Shown piece after piece: positions 28,653 through 38,298 of a stretch of DNA of 64,000 nucleotides (positions are counted from its first letter, which is position 1; every line of letters starts with the position of its first letter). The stretch spans positions 78,203 through 142,202 of the forward strand of contig JACRAJ010000001.1 in NCBI GenBank assembly GCA_016213445.1. Reading direction: 5' to 3'. This DNA comes from Candidatus Azambacteria bacterium. GTDB taxonomy: Bacteria; Patescibacteriota; Minisyncoccia; UBA10092. The translations under genes and the position numbers were made by a program. The notes under the pieces were generated by a model. It saw only the letters and a list, made by a program, of their open reading frames with translations. It searched no databases and was not told the origin of the DNA.

Positions 28653-28685
28653 GTGACCCGGGTTCAATTCCCGGCACCCCGACCA
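28653..28685 (+). repeat. Duplicate of the tRNA-Pro 3' end (att-like scar)
   Basis: 30-bp exact copy of 28475-28504, followed by CCA. Confidence 0.9.
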
Positions 28686-28729
28686 AGTTAGACATTGAGA
28701 GTTTTCGGCTTAGCGTTTTATAGCAAAAG

Positions 28730-29563
28730 TTATTTTTGAAGAATCATTTTTGCTTCTTCTATGAGTTTTTTCACCGCGTCTTTGGGAAGAGCAAGTGATT
28801 TTTCCAGTTCCTCCGGCGTCATTCTAACCAAGTCACACAAAAGGAGAATATTGGCCGCAGAAAATGATTGGAGCGTCCGAGAATCAACGCCTTTCATTAT
28901 GGTTACCGGATACAAACTAACATCATCTATCCACCGCGGCAGGGGGCGTTCCCGCGGATGGTCCCATGAAAGCATTACCATGTTTTTGCAATGACCGTAT
29001 TGGATTGATTGGGTTGAAAACCGGCTGTTGGTCACTATCCAGCATTCATCCATGTGGGGGGTGCGGCCGATTTTTGCCGACTCAACGAGATCCAAAAATC
29101 TTGCCCAAGTGGACATCGTGTCTTTTATGGTTATAAAAATAGAAAGTTCCTGCCGCAGCTTAGCCTCAATCATGGCGGTGCGGCCGTCTTTTCTTGCCAA
29201 AACGTCAACTTCATGGGTGATGCAGACGCCCTCCAAAATCGGCGGCAGTTCGGTGTCATAGCCGTATGCCTTTAATAATTCGGCAATATATTTTTCAAAA
29301 TCAAAACCGGCAGGCCCGAGGCGTAAAATGGCGTTTCTTAAATCATAGCGGCGGGAAGCAGCCGGCGCTTCTTTCTCAAGGAAAGCAATAACCATATCAT
29401 AGATTTCTTTTGTCCGCATTCCTTCGCGGGTGTTTTTTTCAACCTCGTCCGCTATCCGGTCGGCGACCTCCTCGCTTACGCCGGAACGCAAAATAGTCCG
29501 CCTGACTTTTTCCCGGTCAAACGGCTGTGATTCTCCGGCAGATTTTATGACATTTACGGCCAT
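28730..29563 (-). CDS. ATP-cone domain plus Mrr-like restriction endonuclease domain protein
   Basis: VIKSAGESQPFDREKV (ATP cone); GFDFEKYIA, EVDVLA..IEAK, IVTN. Confidence 0.85.
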   Translation of the reverse strand: MAVNVIKSAGESQPFDREKVRRTILRSGVSEEVADRIADEVEKNTREGMRTKEIYDMVIAFLEKEAPAASRRYDLRNAILRLGPAGFDFEKYIAELLKAYGYDTELPPILEGVCITHEVDVLARKDGRTAMIEAKLRQELSIFITIKDTMSTWARFLDLVESAKIGRTPHMDECWIVTNSRFSTQSIQYGHCKNMVMLSWDHPRERPLPRWIDDVSLYPVTIMKGVDSRTLQSFSAANILLLCDLVRMTPEELEKSLALPKDAVKKLIEEAKMILQK

Positions 29564-29700
29564 ATAAAGATATTACCAAAAACCTCCAGTTTTAGCGAGA
29601 GGTTTTGGGTTTGTCCTTGTCCCAAAAGATGACAATCCTCGGCACCTCGAAAAATAAAGCCACCAAAAACTCCGTCATTATTGCGACGGAGTTTTTGGTG

Positions 29701-29840
29701 GCTCGGAGAAGCTGTTTTAAAGATAATTTTGGCAATTTGCCAGGTGGGTGTCTTCAGCTTTCGATCCGCAGACCGAAGCGATATCAGACTCCCGAATAAA
29801 ATTATTCAGGCCAAAATCTTGTAAAACAACTTCCGCAGCC
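29701..29840 (-). ncRNA. Putative structured RNA (6S-like or leader) followed by a strong hairpin at 29658-29703
   Basis: Long closing stem GAAGTTGTTTTACAAGATTTTGGC / GCCAAAATTATCTTTAAAACAGCTTC, internal hairpins, upstream TAAAAT. Confidence 0.45.
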
Positions 29841-29892
29841 ACTTATATTTTAACGCATTTGAAAATTAAAATATAACAAGTTAATCCACAGC

Positions 29893-30486
29893 CTAAAACA
29901 TAATGTCTTCTTCCGCTCTTTTATAATCAAAAATTTCTTCCGGAGAAAACCAAAATTCAAGTTCGTGCGCCGCTTCCTCCGGCGTCTCGGAAGCGTGAAT
30001 CAGATTATGAACCGCTCGCTTGCCTTTATTCGCCAAAGCCGCCGAATCGACGGAAAAATCTCCCCGGATCGTCCCCATTTCCGCCAAAGCCGGAATGGAA
30101 TTGCCGACAAGTTTTCTCACCATATCAACGGCATGAATCCCCTCAACAACCATTTTTATCACCGGCCCCGAAGTCATAAAATCCAAAATCCATCCTCTCA
30201 CCGCCTTTCCTATTTTCATCGGATCGTCGGTGCCCATCTCTTTTTTCGGATCCCAGCCGTATTTGGCATAAGTGGCCAATGATTTTTCCCCCAAGCGTTT
30301 AACCCAAGCCGCGTCTTTCGGATAATGTTCGTCGATTTGTTTTCTCGTCGGACTGGCCATCGAAAGAGAAATAATCTTGAGTCCGCGCTTTTCAATGCGC
30401 GCCATCACCTCGCCCACCAAACCTCTTTTCACGCCATCGGGTTTTATCAAAACCACGGTGCGCTCCTGTTTTGGATTTTTTGGCAT
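29893..30486 (-). CDS. ndk: Nucleoside diphosphate kinase
   Basis: ERTVVLIKPDGVKRGL, SGPV, GTIRGDF, NLIHAS. Confidence 0.95.
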   Translation of the reverse strand: MPKNPKQERTVVLIKPDGVKRGLVGEVMARIEKRGLKIISLSMASPTRKQIDEHYPKDAAWVKRLGEKSLATYAKYGWDPKKEMGTDDPMKIGKAVRGWILDFMTSGPVIKMVVEGIHAVDMVRKLVGNSIPALAEMGTIRGDFSVDSAALANKGKRAVHNLIHASETPEEAAHELEFWFSPEEIFDYKRAEEDIMF

Positions 30487-30613
30487 AAATTTATTTATGA
30501 TTAAAAAATAATAAAAGTTAAAATTAATCTATCACGAAAATTACCGATTAACAACAAATTTTTTATTTTTGCATCATAAGCGGCCTGCAGGCACATTATG
30601 ATACAAGAATCTT

Positions 30614-31504
30614 TTATTTTTCTTTGTAAATATTGGTGGTGAAACCGTCGCTTAAAACTTTAATGTCGCCATTCCGGTCGGTGCGAAAAATATTCATATT
30701 AAACATCTTAAAGCGGCTCAATGTTGCCGGCGACGGATGGCCATAGCGATTTTTGGCGCCAACCTCGACTATTGCCGCCTTCGGAGAAACTGCTTTCAAA
30801 AAACTTAAAGAAGAAGAATATTTCGAGCCGTGATGACCGACTTTTAAAATATCCGATTTCAAATTATCGCCGTAAACCAAAAGCCGGTTTTCTATTTTAA
30901 AAGTGGCATCGCCGGTAAATAATATGGAAAAATCGCCGTAAATCAATTTGCCGACAATGGAAGTGTCATTAACGTCATTGCCATTTGCGCCGAATCCTTC
31001 GCTTTTGCCGTTAAAAACCCTGCCGCCGGAATTTTCATCGGGAGAAATAATGTCAAACTCCGCATTTTCATCAAAATGAACGGCATCGCCGGCCGATGCG
31101 ATTAAAACTTCCGCCCCATTGTCTCTAACGGCGGTTAAAAACTGATTATAATTATCGGTTTTTAAATCGGCGCCGTTTAAAATCACCAAGCCGATATCGT
31201 ATCTTCTCAAAATTTCAATCAGGCCGGCAACGTGATCGGCGTGAGGATGGGTAAGAAGAATCACGTCGATTCTTTTTTTAATCGGCGAAAGATATTTGCC
31301 CAATTTTTCCAAAACTTTGTTGCCGGGTCCGCCGTCGATCAGCATTGTCTGCCCTTTCGGCGTTTTTATTAAAATCGCGTCGCCTTGCCCGACATCCAAA
31401 AAATCCGCCTCCAAAATCCGGCCGGGCCTTTGGCTTAAAACCAAAAACCAAACTGCCGAAGCAATTGCAAAAAGGCCGATTAATATTGAAAATTTATTTT
31501 TCAC
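30614..31504 (-). CDS. ComEC/Rec2 metallo-beta-lactamase domain protein
   Basis: FLDVGQGDA, THPHADH, NDTS, KVGHHGS, NRYGHP. Confidence 0.93.
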   Translation of the reverse strand: MKNKFSILIGLFAIASAVWFLVLSQRPGRILEADFLDVGQGDAILIKTPKGQTMLIDGGPGNKVLEKLGKYLSPIKKRIDVILLTHPHADHVAGLIEILRRYDIGLVILNGADLKTDNYNQFLTAVRDNGAEVLIASAGDAVHFDENAEFDIISPDENSGGRVFNGKSEGFGANGNDVNDTSIVGKLIYGDFSILFTGDATFKIENRLLVYGDNLKSDILKVGHHGSKYSSSLSFLKAVSPKAAIVEVGAKNRYGHPSPATLSRFKMFNMNIFRTDRNGDIKVLSDGFTTNIYKEK

Positions 31505-32919
31505 AATGAAATTGAAGCAAACGGCAAAGAACTTAATATTTTAACAATCCAAATCTGGTATGAAAGCGCGAGCCATGCCGGAAAAATAAAAATTGAGGCG
31601 ATCTTTACGGAAATAAATCCCGTTAATCCGGCTAAAAAACCAAAAAGCATCGTGAATGGAACGGCGGGCAAGATTAAAACATTGGCCAAAATGGCGATTA
31701 AAGAAAAACGGTTGAAACTGAAAAGAACAACCGGCAAAGTGGCAACCCGGGCCGATAAAGTGGCCGCCAAATTGTCGCGAAAAGACAAAAAATTCGGCAG
31801 ACGGGAAAATCGGCTCGCAAAATGAGGCGCTAAATATACCAATCCCAAAGTGGCCAAAAATGAAAGCTGAAAACCGGCATCGTATCGCAACAGATAAGGA
31901 TTTAAAAATAGCATAACGGCGGCGGCAAAAATAATAGCGTTGGTTATGCTGTAAAGCCGGCCTTCATGCCTGGCCAAAATAAGCAAGCCGCCCATAACTG
32001 CTGCCCGCACCACCGAAGCGCCGGCGCCGGCAATCAAAGTGAATAAAACCAGGCAAACGCCGGCCACCCAGAAAATCAATCTTCTCGGCAAAAATAAATA
32101 GCCCAAAAAATTTAAAAGCATAACGCTGATGATGGAAATGTTATAACCGGAGATAGCCACAATGTGGCTGGTGCCGGTAATATTGAAAGCGTCGGTCAAA
32201 TCGGCGGGCAAAGTCCGCCTGGCGCCAACCAAAAGAGCGGCTAAAAAAGAAGCTTGCGGCTCCAAAAGAATTTTATTGATAACGCCGACAAACGATTTTT
32301 TAATTTCCAAAAGACGGCCGTAAAAATTTTTAACGGCCGGCCGCTCGATCAAATCAATTTTCGGATACCGGCTGATCAGAAAAATTCCATCCTTCGCCAA
32401 ATAATTTTTATAATCAAAACCGGACTCGCCGGCGCGAGATTCCGGCGATTCGATTTTTCCGTTTATTTTCAAAATATCGCCGTAAAAGTATTCCGGATAA
32501 AGCTTAGTTTTCACGAGAACGCGGCCAAGCGCGCCGTTTTCCAGAACATATTGGGCGAAATCCGAACGCCGATCCGGTTCTTCGACAATCTTTCCGGAAA
32601 AATTTATTTTTTCTCCGATGACAAAATTGGCGCCGGCCAAACTGCCGGCGTAATTAAAAACCTTAAAACTGCGCCAAAATCCAAAAGCCAAGGCCAAAAG
32701 GCAAAATCCGAAAATTATTTTAATTTTCCAGCCCAAAACTGGTCCGCCTCTGGCGGAAAAATCCGGCTTATTCCTTTTTAAAACGGCAGTAGCTAAAATC
32801 GAAAAAGAAAAAACAAAAATCCCGCCGATAAGCGCGGGCGGGATTTTTATTGTCGAATATGCAAATACGCCTCCGATAAAACTCAGCAGAAAAAGCGCAA
32901 AAATTTTACTTTTCGCCAT
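31501..32919 (-). CDS. comEC: ComEC membrane DNA uptake channel
   Basis: FDYKNYL, GTSHIVAISGYN, SVVRA, GFQLSF. Confidence 0.93.
   Translation of the reverse strand: MAKSKIFALFLLSFIGGVFAYSTIKIPPALIGGIFVFSFSILATAVLKRNKPDFSARGGPVLGWKIKIIFGFCLLALAFGFWRSFKVFNYAGSLAGANFVIGEKINFSGKIVEEPDRRSDFAQYVLENGALGRVLVKTKLYPEYFYGDILKINGKIESPESRAGESGFDYKNYLAKDGIFLISRYPKIDLIERPAVKNFYGRLLEIKKSFVGVINKILLEPQASFLAALLVGARRTLPADLTDAFNITGTSHIVAISGYNISIISVMLLNFLGYLFLPRRLIFWVAGVCLVLFTLIAGAGASVVRAAVMGGLLILARHEGRLYSITNAIIFAAAVMLFLNPYLLRYDAGFQLSFLATLGLVYLAPHFASRFSRLPNFLSFRDNLAATLSARVATLPVVLFSFNRFSLIAILANVLILPAVPFTMLFGFLAGLTGFISVKIASIFIFPAWLALSYQIWIVKILSSLPFASISL
32728..32757. repeat. 30-bp double-hairpin element (SAKGG family) in comEC
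   Basis: CCAGCCCAAAACTGG TCCGCCTCTGGCGGA; encodes SARGGPVLGW. Confidence 0.8.
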
Positions 32920-34024
32920 CCGTATCTTTTTTTCTCCTCAAAAATGCCGGCGTGCCCCAACCATCATCTTCGTCATCAATTATTTCAACATTCATCGCGG
33001 GTTTGGCTCGCAAAACGTTGTTTAAACCGGCCGTCGGCGCGGCAACCGCGCCATTATTGTTTCGTTTATTGGCGTTAAAACCGGTGGCAACCACGGTAAC
33101 CCTGATTTCGCCTTTTTTAAGGCGGCCATCGTGAGTGGCGCCGAAAATGATTTTAGCTTCGGGATCGATTGATTCGGTGATAATTTTTGCCGCCTCATTC
33201 ACATCGGCCATTCCAAGATCGTCTCCTCCGGAAATATTAAACAAAACGCCGCTCGCCCCGTCGATTGAAATATCCAAAAGGGGCGAGTTTATGGCCGCTT
33301 TTGCCGCCACAATAGCCCGATCATCGCCGGCCGCCTTGCCGATTCCCATCAACGCCGAACCGGCTTCGGACATAATGGCTTTGATATCGGCAAAATCAAC
33401 ATTAACGATGCCGGGATATGTAATAAGATCGGCAATGCCTTGCACGCCTTGTTTTAAAATATCATCAACAATATTAAAAGCTTCAATAATCGAAGTATTT
33501 TTATCTATTAAATTCAAAACCTTGTCGTTGGGAATCGTGATTAAAGTGTCGACGCGATCGCGAAGCGACAAAAACGCTCCTTCGGCTATGGCCAAACGCT
33601 TTTTGCCCTCGAAAGAAAAAGGCTTGGTGACAACGGCCACCGCTAAAGCGCCGACATCGCGAGCGGCGTCGGCGATAACCGGAGAGGCGCCCGATCCCGT
33701 GCCGCCGCCCAAACCGCAAGTGATAAAAACCAAATCCGCCCCTTTTAAAGCATCCTGAATTTCATCTCTGTTTTCCTCGGCGGCTTGCCTGCCGATATCC
33801 GGATTCATTCCGGCGCCGAGTCCGCGAGTTAAATTTTTTCCGATATGGATTTTGGTTTGAGCTTTAGTGTGATGTAAATCTTGCGCGTCGGTATTTATGG
33901 CGATAAAATCAACGCCTTTGATTTGGGCGTTAAACATTCTGGTAATAGCGTTGCCTCCTCCTCCTCCAACGCCGACAACCTTTATTCTCGCAAATGTTTC
34001 AACATCCGGCTTAATGTGGGCCAT
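32906..34024 (-). CDS. ftsZ: Cell division protein FtsZ
   Basis: GVGGGGGNA, GGGTGSG, NVDFAD, C-terminal PAFLR. Confidence 0.98.
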   Translation of the reverse strand: MAHIKPDVETFARIKVVGVGGGGGNAITRMFNAQIKGVDFIAINTDAQDLHHTKAQTKIHIGKNLTRGLGAGMNPDIGRQAAEENRDEIQDALKGADLVFITCGLGGGTGSGASPVIADAARDVGALAVAVVTKPFSFEGKKRLAIAEGAFLSLRDRVDTLITIPNDKVLNLIDKNTSIIEAFNIVDDILKQGVQGIADLITYPGIVNVDFADIKAIMSEAGSALMGIGKAAGDDRAIVAAKAAINSPLLDISIDGASGVLFNISGGDDLGMADVNEAAKIITESIDPEAKIIFGATHDGRLKKGEIRVTVVATGFNANKRNNNGAVAAPTAGLNNVLRAKPAMNVEIIDDEDDGWGTPAFLRRKKDTDGEK

Positions 34025-34060
34025 AAAATAAATAAAAAATTAAAAAATCAAAATTAAAAA

Positions 34061-35275
34061 TTAAGGAATAAAATTTTTGAGCCAACCAAAGAAATTAGAA
34101 CTACTGGAATTATCAATGATATCACGGCTGAAATTTTCGTCAAATCCCCAAATTACAAGCCCCAAAGCCGTGGCAAAAACCGAATCGTTAAGTATTTCTT
34201 CCGGCCCCAAAATTTTCTGGGCTATGCCGCGGCTTACCGGCAAACTTAAGTCTCTCTTCGCCAATTTATCCAAACGCGGAATCTTGCTGCCGCCGCCGGT
34301 TAAAACGGCGCCGCCGGGAAGCATTGAAGCTCGACCCACTTTTTTCAGTTCTTTCTGCGCCATTTCAAAAATTTCCGAAAAACGCGCCTCGCAAATATTC
34401 GCGATTTCACGCCTTTGAATAGAAGACTCTCCTCCCAATTTTTTCAAATCAACCACGTCCCGGGAGCTTGTGCTTTCGGTTAAAGCCGATCCATGGACTC
34501 TTTTAATCTTTTCGGCCGAATCAACGTCAACTTGAAGGCCGTAAACTAAATCATGAGTGGCATGAGAAGAACCGGCTCCCAAAACCGCCGCGTGAAAAAT
34601 ATCGCCCTCTTCAAAAACAATGAGTCCGGTGGTGCTGCCGCCGACATCCAAAACCAAAGTGCCCAGTTCTTTTTGGCGCGGACTTAACACGGCGTAGCTG
34701 GCGGCCAAAGGCGCTAAAACCAATTCCTTGATTTTAATGCCGGCCAAATTTACGGCTTTGCGAAGGTTTTTTAAAGCGGAGGCGCCGCATTCTATCATTA
34801 AAGTGTCAACTTCCAATTTTACGCCGGTCATTCCCAGCGGATCTTTAATGCCGCCTTCATTATCAACCGTCCACTCCCGAGCCAGATTATGTAAAATTTC
34901 CCGATTGGGGCTGGCGGGGATGCTTTCAGCTTGAAGAAGCGCCCTTTGGATGTCTTCCTTTGAAATTTCCCGATCGGCGCGGGAAACAATCACCACGCCT
35001 TTCGACGGCCTCACAAAAACATTATTGCCGCCAATGGCGACCACCGCTTCATTGCATTTTACGCCGGCGTGGCTGACAGCTTTTTGAAAAGCTTCGCGAA
35101 TGGCGGAAGCCGCTTCTTCAATATCAACCACCACGCCCTTTCGCAAGCCTCGCGAATTCGCTTCGCCCCAGCCGATAACTTCGGGCATTTCTTGGTTTTT
35201 TTTCTTTGAAGCGACCACCACCTGAACGGAAGTGGTGCCCGCATCCAAGCCGATTATGATATCTTCCCGCGACAT
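34061..35275 (-). CDS. ftsA: Cell division protein FtsA
   Basis: GLDAGT, GLRKGVVVD, PLGMTG, DVGG, LTGGGS. Confidence 0.95.
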   Translation of the reverse strand: MSREDIIIGLDAGTTSVQVVVASKKKNQEMPEVIGWGEANSRGLRKGVVVDIEEAASAIREAFQKAVSHAGVKCNEAVVAIGGNNVFVRPSKGVVIVSRADREISKEDIQRALLQAESIPASPNREILHNLAREWTVDNEGGIKDPLGMTGVKLEVDTLMIECGASALKNLRKAVNLAGIKIKELVLAPLAASYAVLSPRQKELGTLVLDVGGSTTGLIVFEEGDIFHAAVLGAGSSHATHDLVYGLQVDVDSAEKIKRVHGSALTESTSSRDVVDLKKLGGESSIQRREIANICEARFSEIFEMAQKELKKVGRASMLPGGAVLTGGGSKIPRLDKLAKRDLSLPVSRGIAQKILGPEEILNDSVFATALGLVIWGFDENFSRDIIDNSSSSNFFGWLKNFIP

Positions 35276-35286
35276 GTTTCAAAATT

Positions 35287-35316
35287 TCAGCCAGAGGCTG
35301 ATCCGCCTTTGGCGGA
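35287..35316. repeat. Intergenic 30-bp double-hairpin element (SAKGG family)
   Basis: TCAGCC AGA GGCTGA TCCGCC TTT GGCGGA; compensatory C-G to A-T stem change. Confidence 0.9.
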
Positions 35317-35347
35317 AAAATTAAATTATAAATCTCAAAATTAAATA

Positions 35348-35779
35348 CTAAATATTTAAATGTTTAAGCAGTTTTGCCTCCAATCGTTCCATTTGTTTCG
35401 CTTCTTTTAGAGATTTTTCATGGCCGTATCCCGCCAGATGCAATAAACTATGGATCAAAATTTCCGATAAATATTTTTTTTCGGAAATCTTTTCAACATT
35501 AACCACTATTTCGCCTAAGTTTAACACGCCGCGCGAATTATTTGCAAATGCCGGAGTTTGGCGGCTGTTTAAGCCAAAAGAAAGCTCATCGGGCGTTTCA
35601 TTTTTTTTTCGCCAAACTTTATTCAACCTTTTAATTTCTTTTTTATCCACAATTAAAACAGCCAGTGCAACCGGCTGTTTTAATTCCAAAAAATCCAAAA
35701 CTTTCAAAATCAAATCTTTAATAAATTTTTTCGGGGCTTTGTGTCGGGTTTTGTTATAAATTAAAATTTCATGATTCAT
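35348..35779 (-). CDS. ybeY: rRNA maturation RNase YbeY
   Basis: LN..WR..PDELSF, LGEI, HSLLHLAGYGH. Confidence 0.88.
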   Translation of the reverse strand: MNHEILIYNKTRHKAPKKFIKDLILKVLDFLELKQPVALAVLIVDKKEIKRLNKVWRKKNETPDELSFGLNSRQTPAFANNSRGVLNLGEIVVNVEKISEKKYLSEILIHSLLHLAGYGHEKSLKEAKQMERLEAKLLKHLNI

Positions 35780-35794
35780 ATTTCTCAATTTGCG

Positions 35795-36298
35795 TCATTG
35801 CCGCAATCCGCCCAATTCCTCTTCAATTAATTTTTTCACCACCGTTCCATCGGCGCGGCCTTTGACTTCAACCATTATTCCTCCCATTATTTTTCCAAAA
35901 TCTTTCATCGACACTTCGCCCATTTCAGCCAATTTTTTCTTCACTACGGCGCGCAACTCATCCTCGCCCATTTCTTCCGGAACGTATTTTTTGAGAATCT
36001 CAAGTTCAACCGCCTCTTTTTCCGCCAAATCTGCCCGCCCGCCTTTTTCAAATTGAGCGATTGAATCTTTTATTTTTTTAATTTCGCCGGAAATCGCGCC
36101 CACAACCTCTTCGTCGGAAAGCTCCGACGCTTTATCAAGCTCGGCCGCGGGGTGACCTTCTTTTGAAAGACGGTTCCTTTTTTCCAGCTCTTTGTTTTTT
36201 ATAACGCTGTTTAAAAAGCGCAAAGTAGAAGCTTCGGCGCTCAAGCCGCCTTTCATCGCCGATTTAATGTCTTCGTTTATTTTATCTTTTAAATTCAC
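35795..36298 (-). CDS. GatB/YqeY domain protein
   Basis: IKSAMK, GGRADLAEKE, GKIMG..KGRADG. Confidence 0.9.
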   Translation of the reverse strand: MNLKDKINEDIKSAMKGGLSAEASTLRFLNSVIKNKELEKRNRLSKEGHPAAELDKASELSDEEVVGAISGEIKKIKDSIAQFEKGGRADLAEKEAVELEILKKYVPEEMGEDELRAVVKKKLAEMGEVSMKDFGKIMGGIMVEVKGRADGTVVKKLIEEELGGLRQ

Positions 36299-36515
36299 GG
36301 TCTAATTTTCCCAGCTTGTATAATTTTTCCCTTTCTTTTTGAATTTCAATTTTCCTCAAAGCGCTGATTCTTTTTTGCCGCTTGGTTAAAGGCGAAGCGT
36401 AAAACCGGCTGCGGCGCACTTTAAGCAGAACGCCGCTTTGCTGAATGCGCCTTGAAAAACGCCTTAAAAGGCTCTGGACCGATTCTTTTTCTTTTTTTCT
36501 AACTTCGATAGCCAT
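36282..36515 (-). CDS. rpsU: 30S ribosomal protein S21
   Basis: ESVQSLLRRFSRRIQQSGVL..RFY; lies between hit and yqeY. Confidence 0.8.
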   Translation of the reverse strand: MAIEVRKKEKESVQSLLRRFSRRIQQSGVLLKVRRSRFYASPLTKRQKRISALRKIEIQKEREKLYKLGKLDREFKR

Positions 36516-36538
36516 GTTTTAATCTTTATTAAAAATTA

Positions 36539-36880
36539 TTAAGACTCGAATTTTAACGGTTTGCCGGCCAAAAGGTGAAGATGCAAATGGTCGACTTCCA
36601 TTCCCGCGTCTTTGCCGACATTGAATATCAACCGATAGCCGCTTCCCGAAACGCCGATTTTTTCCGCAACCTCTTTCGCTTTTAAAACCAAACCGCCGGC
36701 AATATCCTTATCTTCCGCTTTTAAAGTATTCACCGGCCCGATATGCGCTTTGGGAATAATTAAAAAATGAATCGGCGCTTTTGGATTGATATCTTTAAAA
36801 ACAACAAAATTTTCGTCTTCGGAAACGATCTCCGAAGAAATTTCCTTATTGGCAATTTTGCAGAATATGCAACTTTCCAC
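36539..36880 (-). CDS. HIT family nucleotide-binding protein
   Basis: CIFCKI, DINPKAPIH, HLHLH. Confidence 0.93.
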   Translation of the reverse strand: MESCIFCKIANKEISSEIVSEDENFVVFKDINPKAPIHFLIIPKAHIGPVNTLKAEDKDIAGGLVLKAKEVAEKIGVSGSGYRLIFNVGKDAGMEVDHLHLHLLAGKPLKFES

Positions 36881-36913
36881 GATAATGCTTTTTAACAAAA
36901 ACCCCGCCTCGCG

Positions 36914-38275
36914 TCAAGATTTCAAATTATTTTCCGGCGGATATTTTAAATCATTGTTTTCAGCCGCGGGAACGCGCGAAGGGAGTTTTTTGAGGCGTTT
37001 TTTCACTTCGTCGATAATTTTTTCCGAAGGAATTATCTCCTGGGTTCCGGAATACATCTCGCGCAAGATTACCGTGCCGTCAAGCGCTTCTTTCTGGCCG
37101 ATAATCAAAGCCAAATCGGCGCCTTGCCGATCGGCGACTCTCAATTGCGCTTTGATGGAATCGCGACCGAAAGATTCCGAAATATGAATGTTGTTTTTCC
37201 TGAAATCCTCAAACAGCCGCAAACTTTTTTTCTTCGCCAAATCGCCGAGCTGAACCAAAAAAACCCGTGCCTTGGTTTTAATGGCGCCAATTTTCACGTT
37301 TTGGCGGCGCATTTCGTTAATCGCCCTCTCAATGCCGATTGATCCGCCCATCGCCGGAGCCGGCTTGCCTCCAAGCTGGGAAATCAAGTAATCATAACGG
37401 CCGCCGGAAGCTATCGCGATTTGAGAACCGGTCGCCTCTTCAGGCACGATTTCAAAAACCGTCCGAGTGTAATAATCGAGGCCGCGAACGAGATACGAAT
37501 CCAAAACGTAAGGAACTCCCAATTCGTCCAAAAATTCCAAAACCGATTTGAAATGATCGCGGCAATCCTTGTCCAGATAATCAATGGAACTCGGCGCCGA
37601 TTCTTTCAAGGCGGCGCACTCTTCCTCTTTGCAATCAAGCATCCTTAACGGATTTTCCTTGAATCTCCTCTTGCAATTTTTGCAAAGGCGGTTGATTTTA
37701 TTCCGATAGTACATTTTAAGCTCGTCTCGGTATTTTCCCCGGCAATTCTTGTCGCCAACGCTGTTTATATGAATAGAAAGGCCCTTTAATCCCAGCTCGT
37801 TTAAAATGACGTAAACCACTTGGATAATCTGGGCGTCGATAATCGGATCGCCTTCTCCGATAACGTCGAAATCCGCCTGGTGGAATTCGCGATAACGGCC
37901 GGCTTGAGCCGACTCGTGCCTGAACACCGGACCCCAGTGGAAAAATTTCACCGGCTGGGGCTGATTGGCAAAACCATTTTCAATATACGCTCTCACCGCC
38001 GACGCCGTGAGTTCCGGCCTTAGCGCCAAAAAATCTCCGCCCTTTGTTTTAAGCGTGTACATTTCGTGTTCAATAACATCGGTTTCAAGCCCGATCCCCT
38101 TCTTGAACAAATCGGCGAATTCCAAAACCGGCGTTTCAATCGTTTTGAAATTATAATAATCCGCCAGCTCTTGAGCAACTTTAAAAAACTTTTCCCAATA
38201 TTTCTGACTCTCGGGCAAAACATCGTTCATGCCCTTCGGCGCCTGAAATGTTTTGGATTTTGGTTTTCGCGACAT
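36914..38275 (-). CDS. hisS: Histidyl-tRNA synthetase
   Basis: LRPELTAS, FRHE..GRYREF, VRGLDYY, GGRYD, GIER. Confidence 0.97.
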   Translation of the reverse strand: MSRKPKSKTFQAPKGMNDVLPESQKYWEKFFKVAQELADYYNFKTIETPVLEFADLFKKGIGLETDVIEHEMYTLKTKGGDFLALRPELTASAVRAYIENGFANQPQPVKFFHWGPVFRHESAQAGRYREFHQADFDVIGEGDPIIDAQIIQVVYVILNELGLKGLSIHINSVGDKNCRGKYRDELKMYYRNKINRLCKNCKRRFKENPLRMLDCKEEECAALKESAPSSIDYLDKDCRDHFKSVLEFLDELGVPYVLDSYLVRGLDYYTRTVFEIVPEEATGSQIAIASGGRYDYLISQLGGKPAPAMGGSIGIERAINEMRRQNVKIGAIKTKARVFLVQLGDLAKKKSLRLFEDFRKNNIHISESFGRDSIKAQLRVADRQGADLALIIGQKEALDGTVILREMYSGTQEIIPSEKIIDEVKKRLKKLPSRVPAAENNDLKYPPENNLKS

Positions 38276-38298
38276 ATTTTTAAATCAAATTAAATTAA

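Noticed and set aside
32420..32445. Small hairpin CCGGA-CTCGC-CGGC-GCGAG-AT-TCCGG in comEC as another inserted element
   Set aside because: The stems are short, the gene is rich in GC codons, and there is no second copy; it cannot be distinguished from chance.
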